The position numbers were made by a program, and so were the translations under genes. A stretch of DNA of 49,179 nucleotides, from the NCBI GenBank assembly GCA_019358935.1, contig JAHHIK010000064.1:1-49179 (forward strand), read 5' to 3'. Numbering within the stretch: the stretch's first letter is position 1; every line of letters starts with the position of its first letter. Of this stretch, positions 9,050 through 18,154 are shown one piece after another. Under the pieces are notes generated by a model. The model was given only the letters and a program-made list of their open reading frames with translations. It ran no database searches and was not told the origin of the DNA. The stretch comes from Tolypothrix carrinoi HA7290-LM1. Lineage in GTDB: Bacteria > Cyanobacteriota > Cyanobacteriia > Cyanobacteriales > Nostocaceae.

Positions 9050-12000
9050 TTAATCCCCGCTTTTATCTTCTTCTTTACTCCAAACATATTTACGGCAGAC
9101 TTCGCAAGCGGCTTTTGCTTCCTCTGTTTGCGGATTGGTGAAGATGGGATGGTAACGCAACCTGTCGCAACAGACTTGCAACCATCCACGCCAACCACCC
9201 CGCCACAACCGCACTGTGCCGTCTTCACCGCCACTAACAATCGTCTGCCCATCTTGGCTAATGGCGACAGAAGAGACATAACCCTGATGACCACGCAAAG
9301 GTTCAGCTAAGGTCAGACCTTGGCGGTTCCACAACCGCACCGTGCCCTCTTCACCGCCACTGACAATCGTCTGCCCATCTTGGCTAATGGCGACAGAATA
9401 GACATAACCCTGATGACCACGCAATGGTTCAGCTAAGGTCAGACCTTGGCGGTTCCACAACCGCACCGTGCCCTCTTCACCGCCACTGACAATCGTCTGC
9501 CCATCTTGGCTAATGGCGACAGAATAGACATAACCCTGATGACCACGCAATGGTTCAGCTAAGGAAAGACCTTGCAGGTTCCACAACCGCACTGTGCCGT
9601 CAGTACCGCCACTGACAATCGTCTGCCCATCTTGGCTAATGGCGACAGAATTGACAATACCCTGATGACCAGGCAATGGTTCAGCTAAGGAAAGACCTTG
9701 CAAATTCCACAACCGCACTGTGCTATCATAACTACCACTGACAATCGTCTGCCCATCTTGGCTAATGGCGACAGAATAGACAATACCCTGATGACCAGGC
9801 AATGGTTCAGCTAAGGACAGACCTTGGAGGTTCCACAACCGCACTGTGCCGTCAGTACCGCCACTGACAATCGTCTGCCCATCTTGGCTAATGGCAACAG
9901 ACCTGACACTACCCTGATGACCAGGCAATGGTTCAGCTAAGGTCAGACCTTGGTGGTTCCACAACCGCACTGTGCCATCATAACTGCCACTGACAATCGT
10001 CTGCCCATCTTGGCTAATGGCAACAGAATAGACATAACCCTGATGACCACGCAATGGTTCAGCTAAGGTCAGACCTTGCAGGTTCCACAACCGCACCGTG
10101 CCGTCAGTACCGCCATTGACAATCGTCTGCCCATCTTGGCTAATGGCGACAGAATAGACAACACTCTCATGACCACGTAATGGTTCAGCTAAGGTCAGAC
10201 CTTGGTGGTTCCACAACCGCACTGTGCCATCATAACTGCCACTGACAATCGTCTGCCCATCTTGGCTAATGGCAACAGAATAGACAACACTCTCATGACC
10301 ACGTAATGGTTCAGCTAAGGTCAGACCTTGGTGGTTCCACAACCGCACTGTGCTGTCACCACCGCCACTGACAATCGTCTGCCCATCTTGGCTAATGGCG
10401 ACAGAATGGACAACACCCTGATGACCACGCAATGGTTCAGCTAAGGAAAGACCTTGCAAATTCCACAACCGCACTGTGCTGTCACCACCGCCACTGACAA
10501 TCGTCTGCCCATCTTGGCTAATGGCGACAGAATTGACAATACCCTGATGACCACGCAATGGTTCAGCTAAGGTCAGACCTTGCAGGTTCCACAACCGCAC
10601 TGTGCCGTTACGACCGCCACTGACAATCGTCTGCCCATCTTGGCTAATGGCGACAGAAGAGACCCAATCCTCATAACCACGCAATGGTTCAGCTAAGGGA
10701 AGACCTTGCAGGTTCCACAACCGCACCGTGCCGTCAGCACCGCCACTAACAATCGTCTGCCCATCTTGGCTAATGGCGACAGAATTGACCCAACCCTCAT
10801 GACCACGCAATGGTTCAGCTAAGGAAAGACCTTGCAGGTTCCACAACCGCACCGTGCCGTCAGTACCGCCACTGACAATCGTCTGCCCATCTTGGCTAAT
10901 GGCCACAGAAGAGACATAACCCTCATGACCACGGAAGGGAATAGAGACTCTGGCTTTATTTGTCACCCGACTCAAACTGTTCTGAACTGGTGCGAGAATC
11001 TGCTGGGGTAATTTCTCCAGATTCTCACCCATAGTTTGAATTGCCAAAACTAGACTTTCTAGGGGTTGAAAAGGCAATAAATTCTCTACTCTCGCGGCTT
11101 TCTCTCGCAATCGTGATTCAGTGAGTGCCTTTTCTAATGTGGCAATTTGGTGCTGTTCATAAGCATCACTGCGTTGATAAAAATTTTTGGCTTGAGGTGA
11201 TGATAAAAACTCTAGCTTTTCCCAATTTTCCCGCACCTCTGCCAATAATCCCCCCTGCATTAAGTATTTTTCATTCTCCCCTTTATTCACCCACTCGCGT
11301 AAAGCATCTGCTAACCGATCGCTCAACCGCCGCAAATCTCGGTCTTGTTGTCGCCATTGGGCAAACCGCTGCCAACCCTCAATTAAGGCTTCATGGGCTA
11401 AATCAATCCACGCTTTTTCTTGTTCATCTTTCCCAGCAACCAGCAAACGTCCTTTCACTAATCCTTCATCTAGCAATTCACTTAATGCTTGCTGCTGTTT
11501 TTGCTCATTGCCAGCAATGGTTAACAGTTCAGCTTTTGCTTGGCGCTGTCGGGTGTCCTTTTCTCCCTCTCCCGTCCGCACTAATCGCAGGAAAATTTGC
11601 TTAATCCAGTCCTTCTCTTGTTCATTTCGTTCTTGAGTCGGGGAATCCTGCTGATAATCTTCGTAAAGATAAACATTTTCTGCATGAAAATTCAGCGCCC
11701 CTGTCAATCCTTGGAAGTTTTCATACTGTTCTAAGGTGAGTTGATGCTTTTGTTGGTCGCGTTTTTCCCAGAGTTTAGTTAAAGCAAACTCCATCAACGG
11801 CAAGTATCCCGGTTCTTTACCAACATCTTCTAAAATTTCATGTACTAGTCTTTCTTCAACACTATGACCTTGAAGTTTAGCAGGTTCGGTTATTGTCTCT
11901 TTTAAATCAACTCCAGTTATGCGCGGCATCAAAACAAGCTGATTTTCAATCAATTTATTTAAAGAGGGATAATCTGAACATGGTTCGAGAAAATCCGATC

Positions 12001-13252
12001 GCATGGTAATTATAACTGCCAACCGCGAATCGGTCATCTCTACTACCTGAGTCAGCAATTCAATAAATCTCTGCTTTTCTTCAGCAACAGAGACAGTAAA
12101 TAGTTCCTCAAACTGATCTACTACCAATAAAAATTTGTCTGCACCTGTGAGATGCTCCAAAATTACAGGTAAAGGATTCGCTTCATTAGTAATCAACTCC
12201 CAAAGCAATCTTTCTTTTTTCGCCCCTGGAAAAAATGCTTTCAGAACTCCTCTCAATTCCTGCAAAGGCTGAAATCCTGGCTTGATTAACGGTAAAATTT
12301 GCCAGACACTACGATCTAATTCTGGAATCAAACCCGCCTGAACTACAGAAGATTTACCACTCCCGGAAGCGCCAATAATCGAAACAAAGGGCTTTTGCGC
12401 CAGTTTCCCCAGAATCTTCCTCACAACCTGCTTGCGCCCAAAGAAAAACTGTTCTTGTTCCGCTTCAAACGCTTTTAAACCTTGGTAAGGACATTCTTCC
12501 TTTACCTCAAAGGTTTGAGCTTGTGTTTGATTGTTGTGGGTAACTAGAGTAATCGAACGCCCCCAACCCATGCGGATTGGTTCTTGACCACTGCTTTTAA
12601 GTTCTGTAGCAAGTATATCGAAGAGGCGATCGCCTGTCACCTGTCCGCGATCGTTAGTGTTCTCTGGTGACAAACCTGCCAGCAAAGCAGTTGTAAAAAT
12701 ACTGTGTTGTGCTATTTTTTTAGCAAACGCTTGTTGAAAACCTCTGCAAGCAGCAATAAAATAGTAATCGCGCTGTGAAATAAAGGCAGTAAGAGTTTTT
12801 TCGATGAGATTGCGTTCTAAAAATTCACCGCTATGACAGCAATCTAACAGCACTACTAAACTACTCAGGTCGGAATCTCTAATTAAATTGTTCAGACTCC
12901 CAAGACTAATCCCGCCTGTTTGTTCAATAATTTCCTTGCCTTGAGTGACAATTGTCAAGTCAGAAGTGGCTAGATATGCTTGTTGTGTTCCTAAGCTGTC
13001 AGATACGGTGATACCATGACCTGTAAAGTAAATTAGCGCTTCGTTTTTAACTGCTTGTTGTTGCAAAAGTGTTTTTAAAGCTTCAGCCAACTTAGTTGTA
13101 CTAACTTTCCCTTTGAGAACAGCGATATCCTCAAAATCACCATGCGCTTTTAGTACCTGCGCCACGGCTTCTGCGTCCGTAGCTGGTTTTGTGAGGTTGG
13201 AAAGCTGATTTGTATAATCTGTAATGCCAACAACAAGCGCGTAACGAGCCAT
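9050..13252 (-). CDS. Caspase-like peptidase (C14) - nSTAND NTPase - 14x WD40 protein (NLR-like architecture)
   Basis: YFTGHG and LLDCCHSG dyad; CPYQGLKAF..FFGR, GASGSGKSS (Walker A), VVDQFEELF (Walker B); 14 near-identical 42-aa WD40 repeats. Confidence 0.9.
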   Translation of the reverse strand: MARYALVVGITDYTNQLSNLTKPATDAEAVAQVLKAHGDFEDIAVLKGKVSTTKLAEALKTLLQQQAVKNEALIYFTGHGITVSDSLGTQQAYLATSDLTIVTQGKEIIEQTGGISLGSLNNLIRDSDLSSLVVLLDCCHSGEFLERNLIEKTLTAFISQRDYYFIAACRGFQQAFAKKIAQHSIFTTALLAGLSPENTNDRGQVTGDRLFDILATELKSSGQEPIRMGWGRSITLVTHNNQTQAQTFEVKEECPYQGLKAFEAEQEQFFFGRKQVVRKILGKLAQKPFVSIIGASGSGKSSVVQAGLIPELDRSVWQILPLIKPGFQPLQELRGVLKAFFPGAKKERLLWELITNEANPLPVILEHLTGADKFLLVVDQFEELFTVSVAEEKQRFIELLTQVVEMTDSRLAVIITMRSDFLEPCSDYPSLNKLIENQLVLMPRITGVDLKETITEPAKLQGHSVEERLVHEILEDVGKEPGYLPLMEFALTKLWEKRDQQKHQLTLEQYENFQGLTGALNFHAENVYLYEDYQQDSPTQERNEQEKDWIKQIFLRLVRTGEGEKDTRQRQAKAELLTIAGNEQKQQQALSELLDEGLVKGRLLVAGKDEQEKAWIDLAHEALIEGWQRFAQWRQQDRDLRRLSDRLADALREWVNKGENEKYLMQGGLLAEVRENWEKLEFLSSPQAKNFYQRSDAYEQHQIATLEKALTESRLREKAARVENLLPFQPLESLVLAIQTMGENLEKLPQQILAPVQNSLSRVTNKARVSIPFRGHEGYVSSVAISQDGQTIVSGGTDGTVRLWNLQGLSLAEPLRGHEGWVNSVAISQDGQTIVSGGADGTVRLWNLQGLPLAEPLRGYEDWVSSVAISQDGQTIVSGGRNGTVRLWNLQGLTLAEPLRGHQGIVNSVAISQDGQTIVSGGGDSTVRLWNLQGLSLAEPLRGHQGVVHSVAISQDGQTIVSGGGDSTVRLWNHQGLTLAEPLRGHESVVYSVAISQDGQTIVSGSYDGTVRLWNHQGLTLAEPLRGHESVVYSVAISQDGQTIVNGGTDGTVRLWNLQGLTLAEPLRGHQGYVYSVAISQDGQTIVSGSYDGTVRLWNHQGLTLAEPLPGHQGSVRSVAISQDGQTIVSGGTDGTVRLWNLQGLSLAEPLPGHQGIVYSVAISQDGQTIVSGSYDSTVRLWNLQGLSLAEPLPGHQGIVNSVAISQDGQTIVSGGTDGTVRLWNLQGLSLAEPLRGHQGYVYSVAISQDGQTIVSGGEEGTVRLWNRQGLTLAEPLRGHQGYVYSVAISQDGQTIVSGGEEGTVRLWNRQGLTLAEPLRGHQGYVSSVAISQDGQTIVSGGEDGTVRLWRGGWRGWLQVCCDRLRYHPIFTNPQTEEAKAACEVCRKYVWSKEEDKSGD

Positions 13253-13319
13253 CTATACATATTTAAGTTGTCTGTTACAGAATAAGATAACGTAAATACA
13301 CCTAAAATCTGAGGGCTTA

Positions 13320-13697
13320 ATGTCGAACATAGAACGTTTAGTCTTTGAAGAAGACGGGGAAATCTATACAATTCTCTTCGAGTCCAAGGAAACGCCAACT
13401 GTTCCAGAAGTAGTCACACCGGAGGTTGATGACGATAAAGAATCCTACGGTGGGCTGCAAGAGGCATTTGTCAAGATTGAGGAAGTTCACCATCAAATAC
13501 GAGCTTATACCAAATATGCCATTGGCGCTTTTAAAAATTTAGGTGCAGCCGAAGTCGAAGAGGTGACTCTCAAGTTTGGCTTGAAGATAGGCGGAAAAAC
13601 TGGTATCCCCTTCGTCACTGAAGGTTCAGCAGAGAGTAATTTTGAAATTGAGGTGAAGTGTAAGTTTCCTGAGAAGAAGCAAAATTCTAGTACTTAA
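13320..13697 (+). CDS. Small peptidase-co-occurring protein (CU044_2847/Trypco-like)
   Basis: 125 aa; VEEVTLKFGLKIGGKTGIPFVTEGSAESNFEIEVKC motif; divergent from the caspase gene with a 67-bp gap. Confidence 0.65.
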   Translation: MSNIERLVFEEDGEIYTILFESKETPTVPEVVTPEVDDDKESYGGLQEAFVKIEEVHHQIRAYTKYAIGAFKNLGAAEVEEVTLKFGLKIGGKTGIPFVTEGSAESNFEIEVKCKFPEKKQNSST

Positions 13698-13772
13698 GGT
13701 TGTGCTTGGGCAGGGATGAGCTGGCGTTGCTGAATATAATTATGAATTTGTCTCACGCAGAGCCGCAAAGAC

Positions 13773-13817
13773 AAGCCAGCGCCGTGCGGGGGTTCCCCCC
13801 GTTGAGGCGACTGGCGC
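13773..13817 (+). mobile_element. 45-bp structured mini-element inside a CGCARAG repeat / MITE remnant
   Basis: AAGCCAGCGCCGTGCGGGGGTTCCCCCCGTTGAGGCGACTGGCGC; near-identical to the reverse complement of 26583-26627. Confidence 0.8.
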
Positions 13818-13849
13818 GCAGAGAGTAAGAGTTTAAGAGACATCATTAA

Positions 13850-14058
13850 CCCTAGAATCTCGGATGTTGCAGTTCCAAGCACGAAGTTTCGAGTTCCAAG
13901 CACGAACTTTCGAGTTCCAAGCACGAACTTTCGAGTTCCGAACACGAACTTTCGAGTTCTGAACACGAACTTTCGAGTTCCAAGCACGAACTTTCGAGTT
14001 CCAAGCACGAACTTTCGAGTTCCAAGCACGAAGCTTCGAGTTCCAAGCACGAAGCTGA
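13850..14058. repeat. 26-bp leader motif plus 21-bp tandem array (GAGTTCCAAGCACGAACTTTC, about 9 units)
   Basis: Direct inspection. Confidence 0.9.
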
Positions 14059-14152
14059 AGCTTCTAATGCCCCCTTGTCTCCCTTGTCCCCCTTGTCCCC
14101 CTTGTCCCCCCTGTCAAGAAAGTCCCCCTCCCCCCCTCTCCCCCTCTCTCCT

Positions 14153-14989
14153 TCAACGCGGCAAATGCACCTTAGCCGGCTTTAAAGAGGAAAAATCACA
14201 GATTGAGTTAAACGGACAAAATCGACAGTGATATCCTGGATTTGGGGGAAAAATTTTACTAAAGCTATTATTAGTTAGTTGATATCTTTGTAAATCTCGC
14301 TGATGTTTTTGAGCAATACTAGCTAACTCAAATTCTAAAGATTCTAATTCGCCTTTTGTAATGCTAATCAAATCAGATTTTTTACTAAACTCTAAATTAT
14401 AAAATGAAGCAACCGCTCGATATTGCGGATAAAGATAACGAGCAGCTAATAAATAAACTAATGCCTGTCTTGTATCAAAAGCAGATTTACCAGTTTTGAA
14501 ATCTAAAATATGTAAAGTATCAGAAGAATCTGAAAAAACACAGTCCATCGTCGCATATAAGCGGAAGGAATAATTTTCCCGTTCAATCAAAATAGGTTTG
14601 GGAAAGCCTTCATCACCGCGAGTTAACTGAATGATGCGCTTACCCGAAAGTAATGGTTCTTCATGATATTTCTTTAAAATTTGCAATACGCGCTGCTGAA
14701 CTTCCTCGCTTGAGTAATTTAATTTCAGTAGCTGTGCAACTTTTTCTACACCGTCTGAAGAGTTCAACAAGTGTCGATTGTGATGAAACTCATAAACGCC
14801 TTTTTGGGCAAGTAGCCCAATGCGCTGGGGTGCGGTGGCTGTTTTTAACAGTGCTTTGACTAGTGGATCGTGTTGACGCGCTTTGATAAACCCCCGTCTC
14901 ATCTGGCAATGCCAGCGTTCTTGCCCGGAAGCTGGGGCAATTAAAGACCAAAGGTGATAACTGGCAAAAGGTTGATCGGGGGTTGACAT
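14153..14989 (-). CDS. PD-(D/E)XK nuclease family protein (RecB/Cas4-like fold)
   Basis: MDCVF...ILDFKTG motif, QALVY, C-terminal CRFCPFNSIC cysteine cluster. Confidence 0.75.
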   Translation of the reverse strand: MSTPDQPFASYHLWSLIAPASGQERWHCQMRRGFIKARQHDPLVKALLKTATAPQRIGLLAQKGVYEFHHNRHLLNSSDGVEKVAQLLKLNYSSEEVQQRVLQILKKYHEEPLLSGKRIIQLTRGDEGFPKPILIERENYSFRLYATMDCVFSDSSDTLHILDFKTGKSAFDTRQALVYLLAARYLYPQYRAVASFYNLEFSKKSDLISITKGELESLEFELASIAQKHQRDLQRYQLTNNSFSKIFPPNPGYHCRFCPFNSICDFSSLKPAKVHLPR

Positions 14990-15136
14990 TGCTCAGAAAC
15001 AGTGAGAAAAAATACGGTGGGGAGAAGTACGATCAAAACAAACCGCAATTCATAACTTCGGTAGATAGTTGCAGCTACACACGCTTTGCGGGAAGCTTCA
15101 TATAGTATTCATCATGGACTCTTAGGAAGTAGCAAT

Positions 15137-16567
15137 ATGAGCGCGAGTAGCAATGACGGTAAAATCAAGTTTGGTACCGACGGATGGCGAGGAATTATCG
15201 CCGATGACTTTACTTTCCCAAATGTCCGGAAAGTAACAAGAGCGATCGCTAGTTACCTGGAAACGGCTTACACTAAAGACCGACCAGTTCTCGTAGCCTA
15301 CGATACTCGCTTTTTAGCTGACCAGTTTGCCCAGACAGCAGCCCAAGTATTGGCAGACTTAGGTTGGACGGTAAAAATTACTGACAGGGATTGTCCCACA
15401 CCAGTAATCGCTTACAATGCCCGTCACTTAAATTCAGCAGGGGCACTGATGTTTACTGCCAGCCATAATCCTGCACCCTATTGTGGGATTAAATACATCC
15501 CTGACTATGCAGGTCCTGCCACTCCAGAGATTACTGATACTATTGTGGCAAATATTGAAGGAGCATCGGATGAATTGCCCAAGAGCAATTTAACTGAGAA
15601 AATTTCCACTTTTGACCCAAAACCGGAGTATATGAAGTTTATCTACACTTTATTGGATGTAGATAAAATCAAGAGCGCTCAGTTAAAGGTCAAGTACGAT
15701 GCTTTATATTCCACATCTCGCGGCTATTTAGATGAAGTTTTGCAACATTGTGGCTGTGAGTTAGAAAGTTTTCACACCTACCGCGATGTTCTTTTTGGTG
15801 GCGGAATGCCAGAACCAAAAGGCGAACAACTGGTAGAGTTAGTAGAAGCAGTACGCAGCGGTAAAGCAGATTTAGGTTTGGCAACGGATGGAGATAGCGA
15901 TCGCTTTGGCATTGTCGATGAACAAGGCAACGTCCTCACCCCGAATACTGTGCTACTACTGCTAGCACGCCATTTAATTAAGAATAAAGGCAAAACAGGC
16001 GCGATTGTTCGCACGGTTGCCACAACCCATCTTTTGGACAATTTCGCTGCCAAATATGGGGTGGAACTTTATGAAACAGCAGTCGGGTTTAAATACATCG
16101 GCGAAAAAATGCGCGAAACCACCGTTTTGATTGGTGGAGAAGAATCAGGTGGTTTAAGCATCATCGGACATATCCCGGAAAAAGACGGCGTATTAGCCGA
16201 TATGCTAGTGGCAGAAGCGATCGCCTACGAAGGCAAACCGCTGAGTCAAATGGTAACTGAAGCGATCGCCGAAGCAAATGGTCCGCTTGACAACAAACGT
16301 CTTGACTTGCACCTCGACGATGCCCATAAAGCCGCTGTCATCGACTCTTTTACCAAAAACCCCCCCGCAGAAGTTGCAGGCATTAAAGTCAAAGAAATAG
16401 GGCGCAAAGACGGCATTAAACTTTACTTAGAAGAAGGTAGCTGGGTCCTGCTGCGTCCTTCTGGTACAGAACCTTTGATGCGCGTTTATCTAGAAACCAA
16501 CTCCCCAGAAAAGCTAGCGAAAATCGCCCAAGAAATGGAAAGCGTAATTGCTAAACTAGAGCCGTAG
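15137..16567 (+). CDS. Phosphoglucomutase/phosphomannomutase family protein
   Basis: FGTDGWRG, TASHNP phosphoserine loop, DGDSDR, GGEESG, RPSGTEP; likely start ATG 15137. Confidence 0.93.
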   Translation: MSASSNDGKIKFGTDGWRGIIADDFTFPNVRKVTRAIASYLETAYTKDRPVLVAYDTRFLADQFAQTAAQVLADLGWTVKITDRDCPTPVIAYNARHLNSAGALMFTASHNPAPYCGIKYIPDYAGPATPEITDTIVANIEGASDELPKSNLTEKISTFDPKPEYMKFIYTLLDVDKIKSAQLKVKYDALYSTSRGYLDEVLQHCGCELESFHTYRDVLFGGGMPEPKGEQLVELVEAVRSGKADLGLATDGDSDRFGIVDEQGNVLTPNTVLLLLARHLIKNKGKTGAIVRTVATTHLLDNFAAKYGVELYETAVGFKYIGEKMRETTVLIGGEESGGLSIIGHIPEKDGVLADMLVAEAIAYEGKPLSQMVTEAIAEANGPLDNKRLDLHLDDAHKAAVIDSFTKNPPAEVAGIKVKEIGRKDGIKLYLEEGSWVLLRPSGTEPLMRVYLETNSPEKLAKIAQEMESVIAKLEP

Positions 16568-16574
16568 GAGTTAA

Positions 16575-16820
16575 TTGTTAGTGGTTGGTTGGAGCGTTGA
16601 TGATTGTTAGTGGTTAGTAGGAGCGTTGATAGTTGATGATTGTTAGTGGTTAGTAGGAGCGTTGATAGTTGATGATTGTTAGTGGTTGGTTGTTGAAAAG
16701 TACCACGAACTACGCTCCCACCAACCACGAACCACCAACCACTAACTACGCTCCCACCAACCACTAACTACGCTCCCACCAACCACCAACCACTAACTAC
16801 GCTCCCACCAACCACCATCA
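16575..16820. repeat. Convergent tandem repeats (36-bp GTTGATAGTTGATGATTGTTAGTGGTTAGTAGGAGC; ~22-bp ACTAACTACGCTCCCACCAACC)
   Basis: Direct inspection; the two blocks are roughly reverse-complementary. Confidence 0.8.
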
Positions 16821-16823
16821 ATT

Positions 16824-17096
16824 ATGAAAACTCTAGCTAATCTGCTGATATCGTTAGTTGTAGCTATTTGGGTAGTGGCGATCGCTATTATTTCAGTTCA
16901 AAATGCTACGCCAGTATCTTTAAAATTCTTTACTTTCCAGTCGATTCAAATCCCAGTCGGTTTAGTACTAGCTTTTAGTGCTGGTGTCGGGATAATTGGC
17001 GTTGCATTGTTGCAGCCTTTGTGGGGTCTTTCTGCTCCACAGCGTAATTCTAGATCCGAAGACGATGCTGAGTTTTTTGTAGACGACGATTTTTGA
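16824..17096 (+). CDS. LapA/DUF1049-family small membrane protein
   Basis: TM helix - SVQNATPVSLKF - second TM helix. Confidence 0.75.
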   Translation: MKTLANLLISLVVAIWVVAIAIISVQNATPVSLKFFTFQSIQIPVGLVLAFSAGVGIIGVALLQPLWGLSAPQRNSRSEDDAEFFVDDDF

Positions 17097-17160
17097 TACC
17101 TATCCGCAAATTAAAATAAACCTATACAAGACAAGCTTTTTGCTTAAGAAAGCAGATTAA

Positions 17161-17589
17161 TTATAATGTTTTTCGCGGTCGTCCACCTCGCTTGCCATTC
17201 TCACGCGCTGCCCTTGCTTTTGCCGTTGAGCTTACGGAACCTCCTCGGCTGCCTAATTCAGCCATCCAAGCCTTAGTACCGAATATCCCCAGCATCAAAG
17301 CTGGAATGCTCATATCAACATCCAGCTGTTCCCAGTGCAGCCCCTCGCCGGAAGGAGTGACTTCGACATTATTAAGGTTATCTGGAGATGCACCCGCCAA
17401 TCCCTGAACCAATTCAGGGGGAAACAAAAAAGTAGCCCCTGAGCGCAGTTCAACGACGATGCGATTCAAATCTAAATCGTAATGGGCAGCTTGAGCGCGT
17501 GGTTCAGAGGCATCTGCTATAGCTGCCGCTGCTCTTGCCTTGGCTATCTCGTTATTTAAGGTTTCCTCCGTCAAATCTAGGTTCTTCAT
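17161..17589 (-). CDS. DUF2442-domain antitoxin-like protein
   Basis: GEGLHWEQLDVDMSIPAL motif; basic tail ARENGKRGGRPRK. Confidence 0.8.
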   Translation of the reverse strand: MKNLDLTEETLNNEIAKARAAAAIADASEPRAQAAHYDLDLNRIVVELRSGATFLFPPELVQGLAGASPDNLNNVEVTPSGEGLHWEQLDVDMSIPALMLGIFGTKAWMAELGSRGGSVSSTAKARAARENGKRGGRPRKTL

Positions 17590-18021
17590 GAATTTCTCTC
17601 CATTTTTCTAATAGTTCCGTTTGGTGTTCGATCGCCAAGTTTAGCGCTTTGGTTGCATCTTTATTGCTCATGTTCCAGACTGCGAGGAATGTAGGACGCT
17701 CAGTTTCACTTCCTTTGGTTAATCTTGGCTTCTCCCTCAGCTTTAAAAACGTGAACATGGGATGGAAGATGATCGTTGGGATAAATACGAACACTAAAGC
17801 CATCTTTATCCGCCTTCGGCGGAAGGCAGAAGGCAGAGGGCAGAGGGCAGAAGGTATAAATTATGTCTTTGATTCAGCCTTCTGGCTGGAGCCAACTGGG
17901 TATAAAACCCCACCGTCTACACGGTGTCTTCAATCGGTTGGGGTTTGAATCCCCATCCGACTGCTCCTTCAGCATAGCTGCCTCCTGCCCTCTGCCTTTC
18001 TTCAATAAATACAGTTGCCAT
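17552..18021 (-). pseudogene. DUF4160-family toxin-like gene, disrupted
   Basis: Reconstructs to MATVFI|KDGFSVRIYPNDHLPSHVHVFKAEGEAKIN..GSETERP...LLEKWREIH; split by the insertion at 17808-18003 and a one-base frameshift near 17716. Confidence 0.8.
17808..18003. mobile_element. ~196-bp non-coding inserted element with GGCAGA(A/G) heptamer termini
   Basis: Removal restores the DUF4160 N-terminus; ends carry inverted GGCAGAG/CTCTGCC heptamers; several internal hairpins. Confidence 0.75.
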
Positions 18022-18090
18022 TAAAAAATACTAATAACTTTTCTTATATATTTCCAGAATAACCCAAGCGCTTGGGTTATGTCAAGCAAT

Positions 18091-18119
18091 AAAAAAACCT
18101 TGCCAGTCAAGACAAGGTT
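18091..18119 (-). terminator. Intrinsic terminator of polA
   Basis: AACCTTG...CAAGGTT stem followed by a T run on the minus strand. Confidence 0.65.
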
Positions 18120-18154
18120 AAAGGTGATACCGCTGTAGCGTTTGCAGGCTATTT

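Noticed and set aside
9180..10935. WD40 variation as a diversity-generating retroelement target
   Set aside because: No reverse transcriptase or separate template repeat in the window; the pattern fits tandem repeat shuffling
1876..14058. 21-bp arrays as CRISPR arrays
   Set aside because: Units are head-to-tail with no unique spacers, and there is no cas operon in the window
14153..14989. Cas4, or an integrase for the cassette-like array
   Set aside because: Only a generic PD-(D/E)XK fold with a Cys cluster; no cas1/cas2 and no tyrosine or serine recombinase motifs; adjacency alone is insufficient
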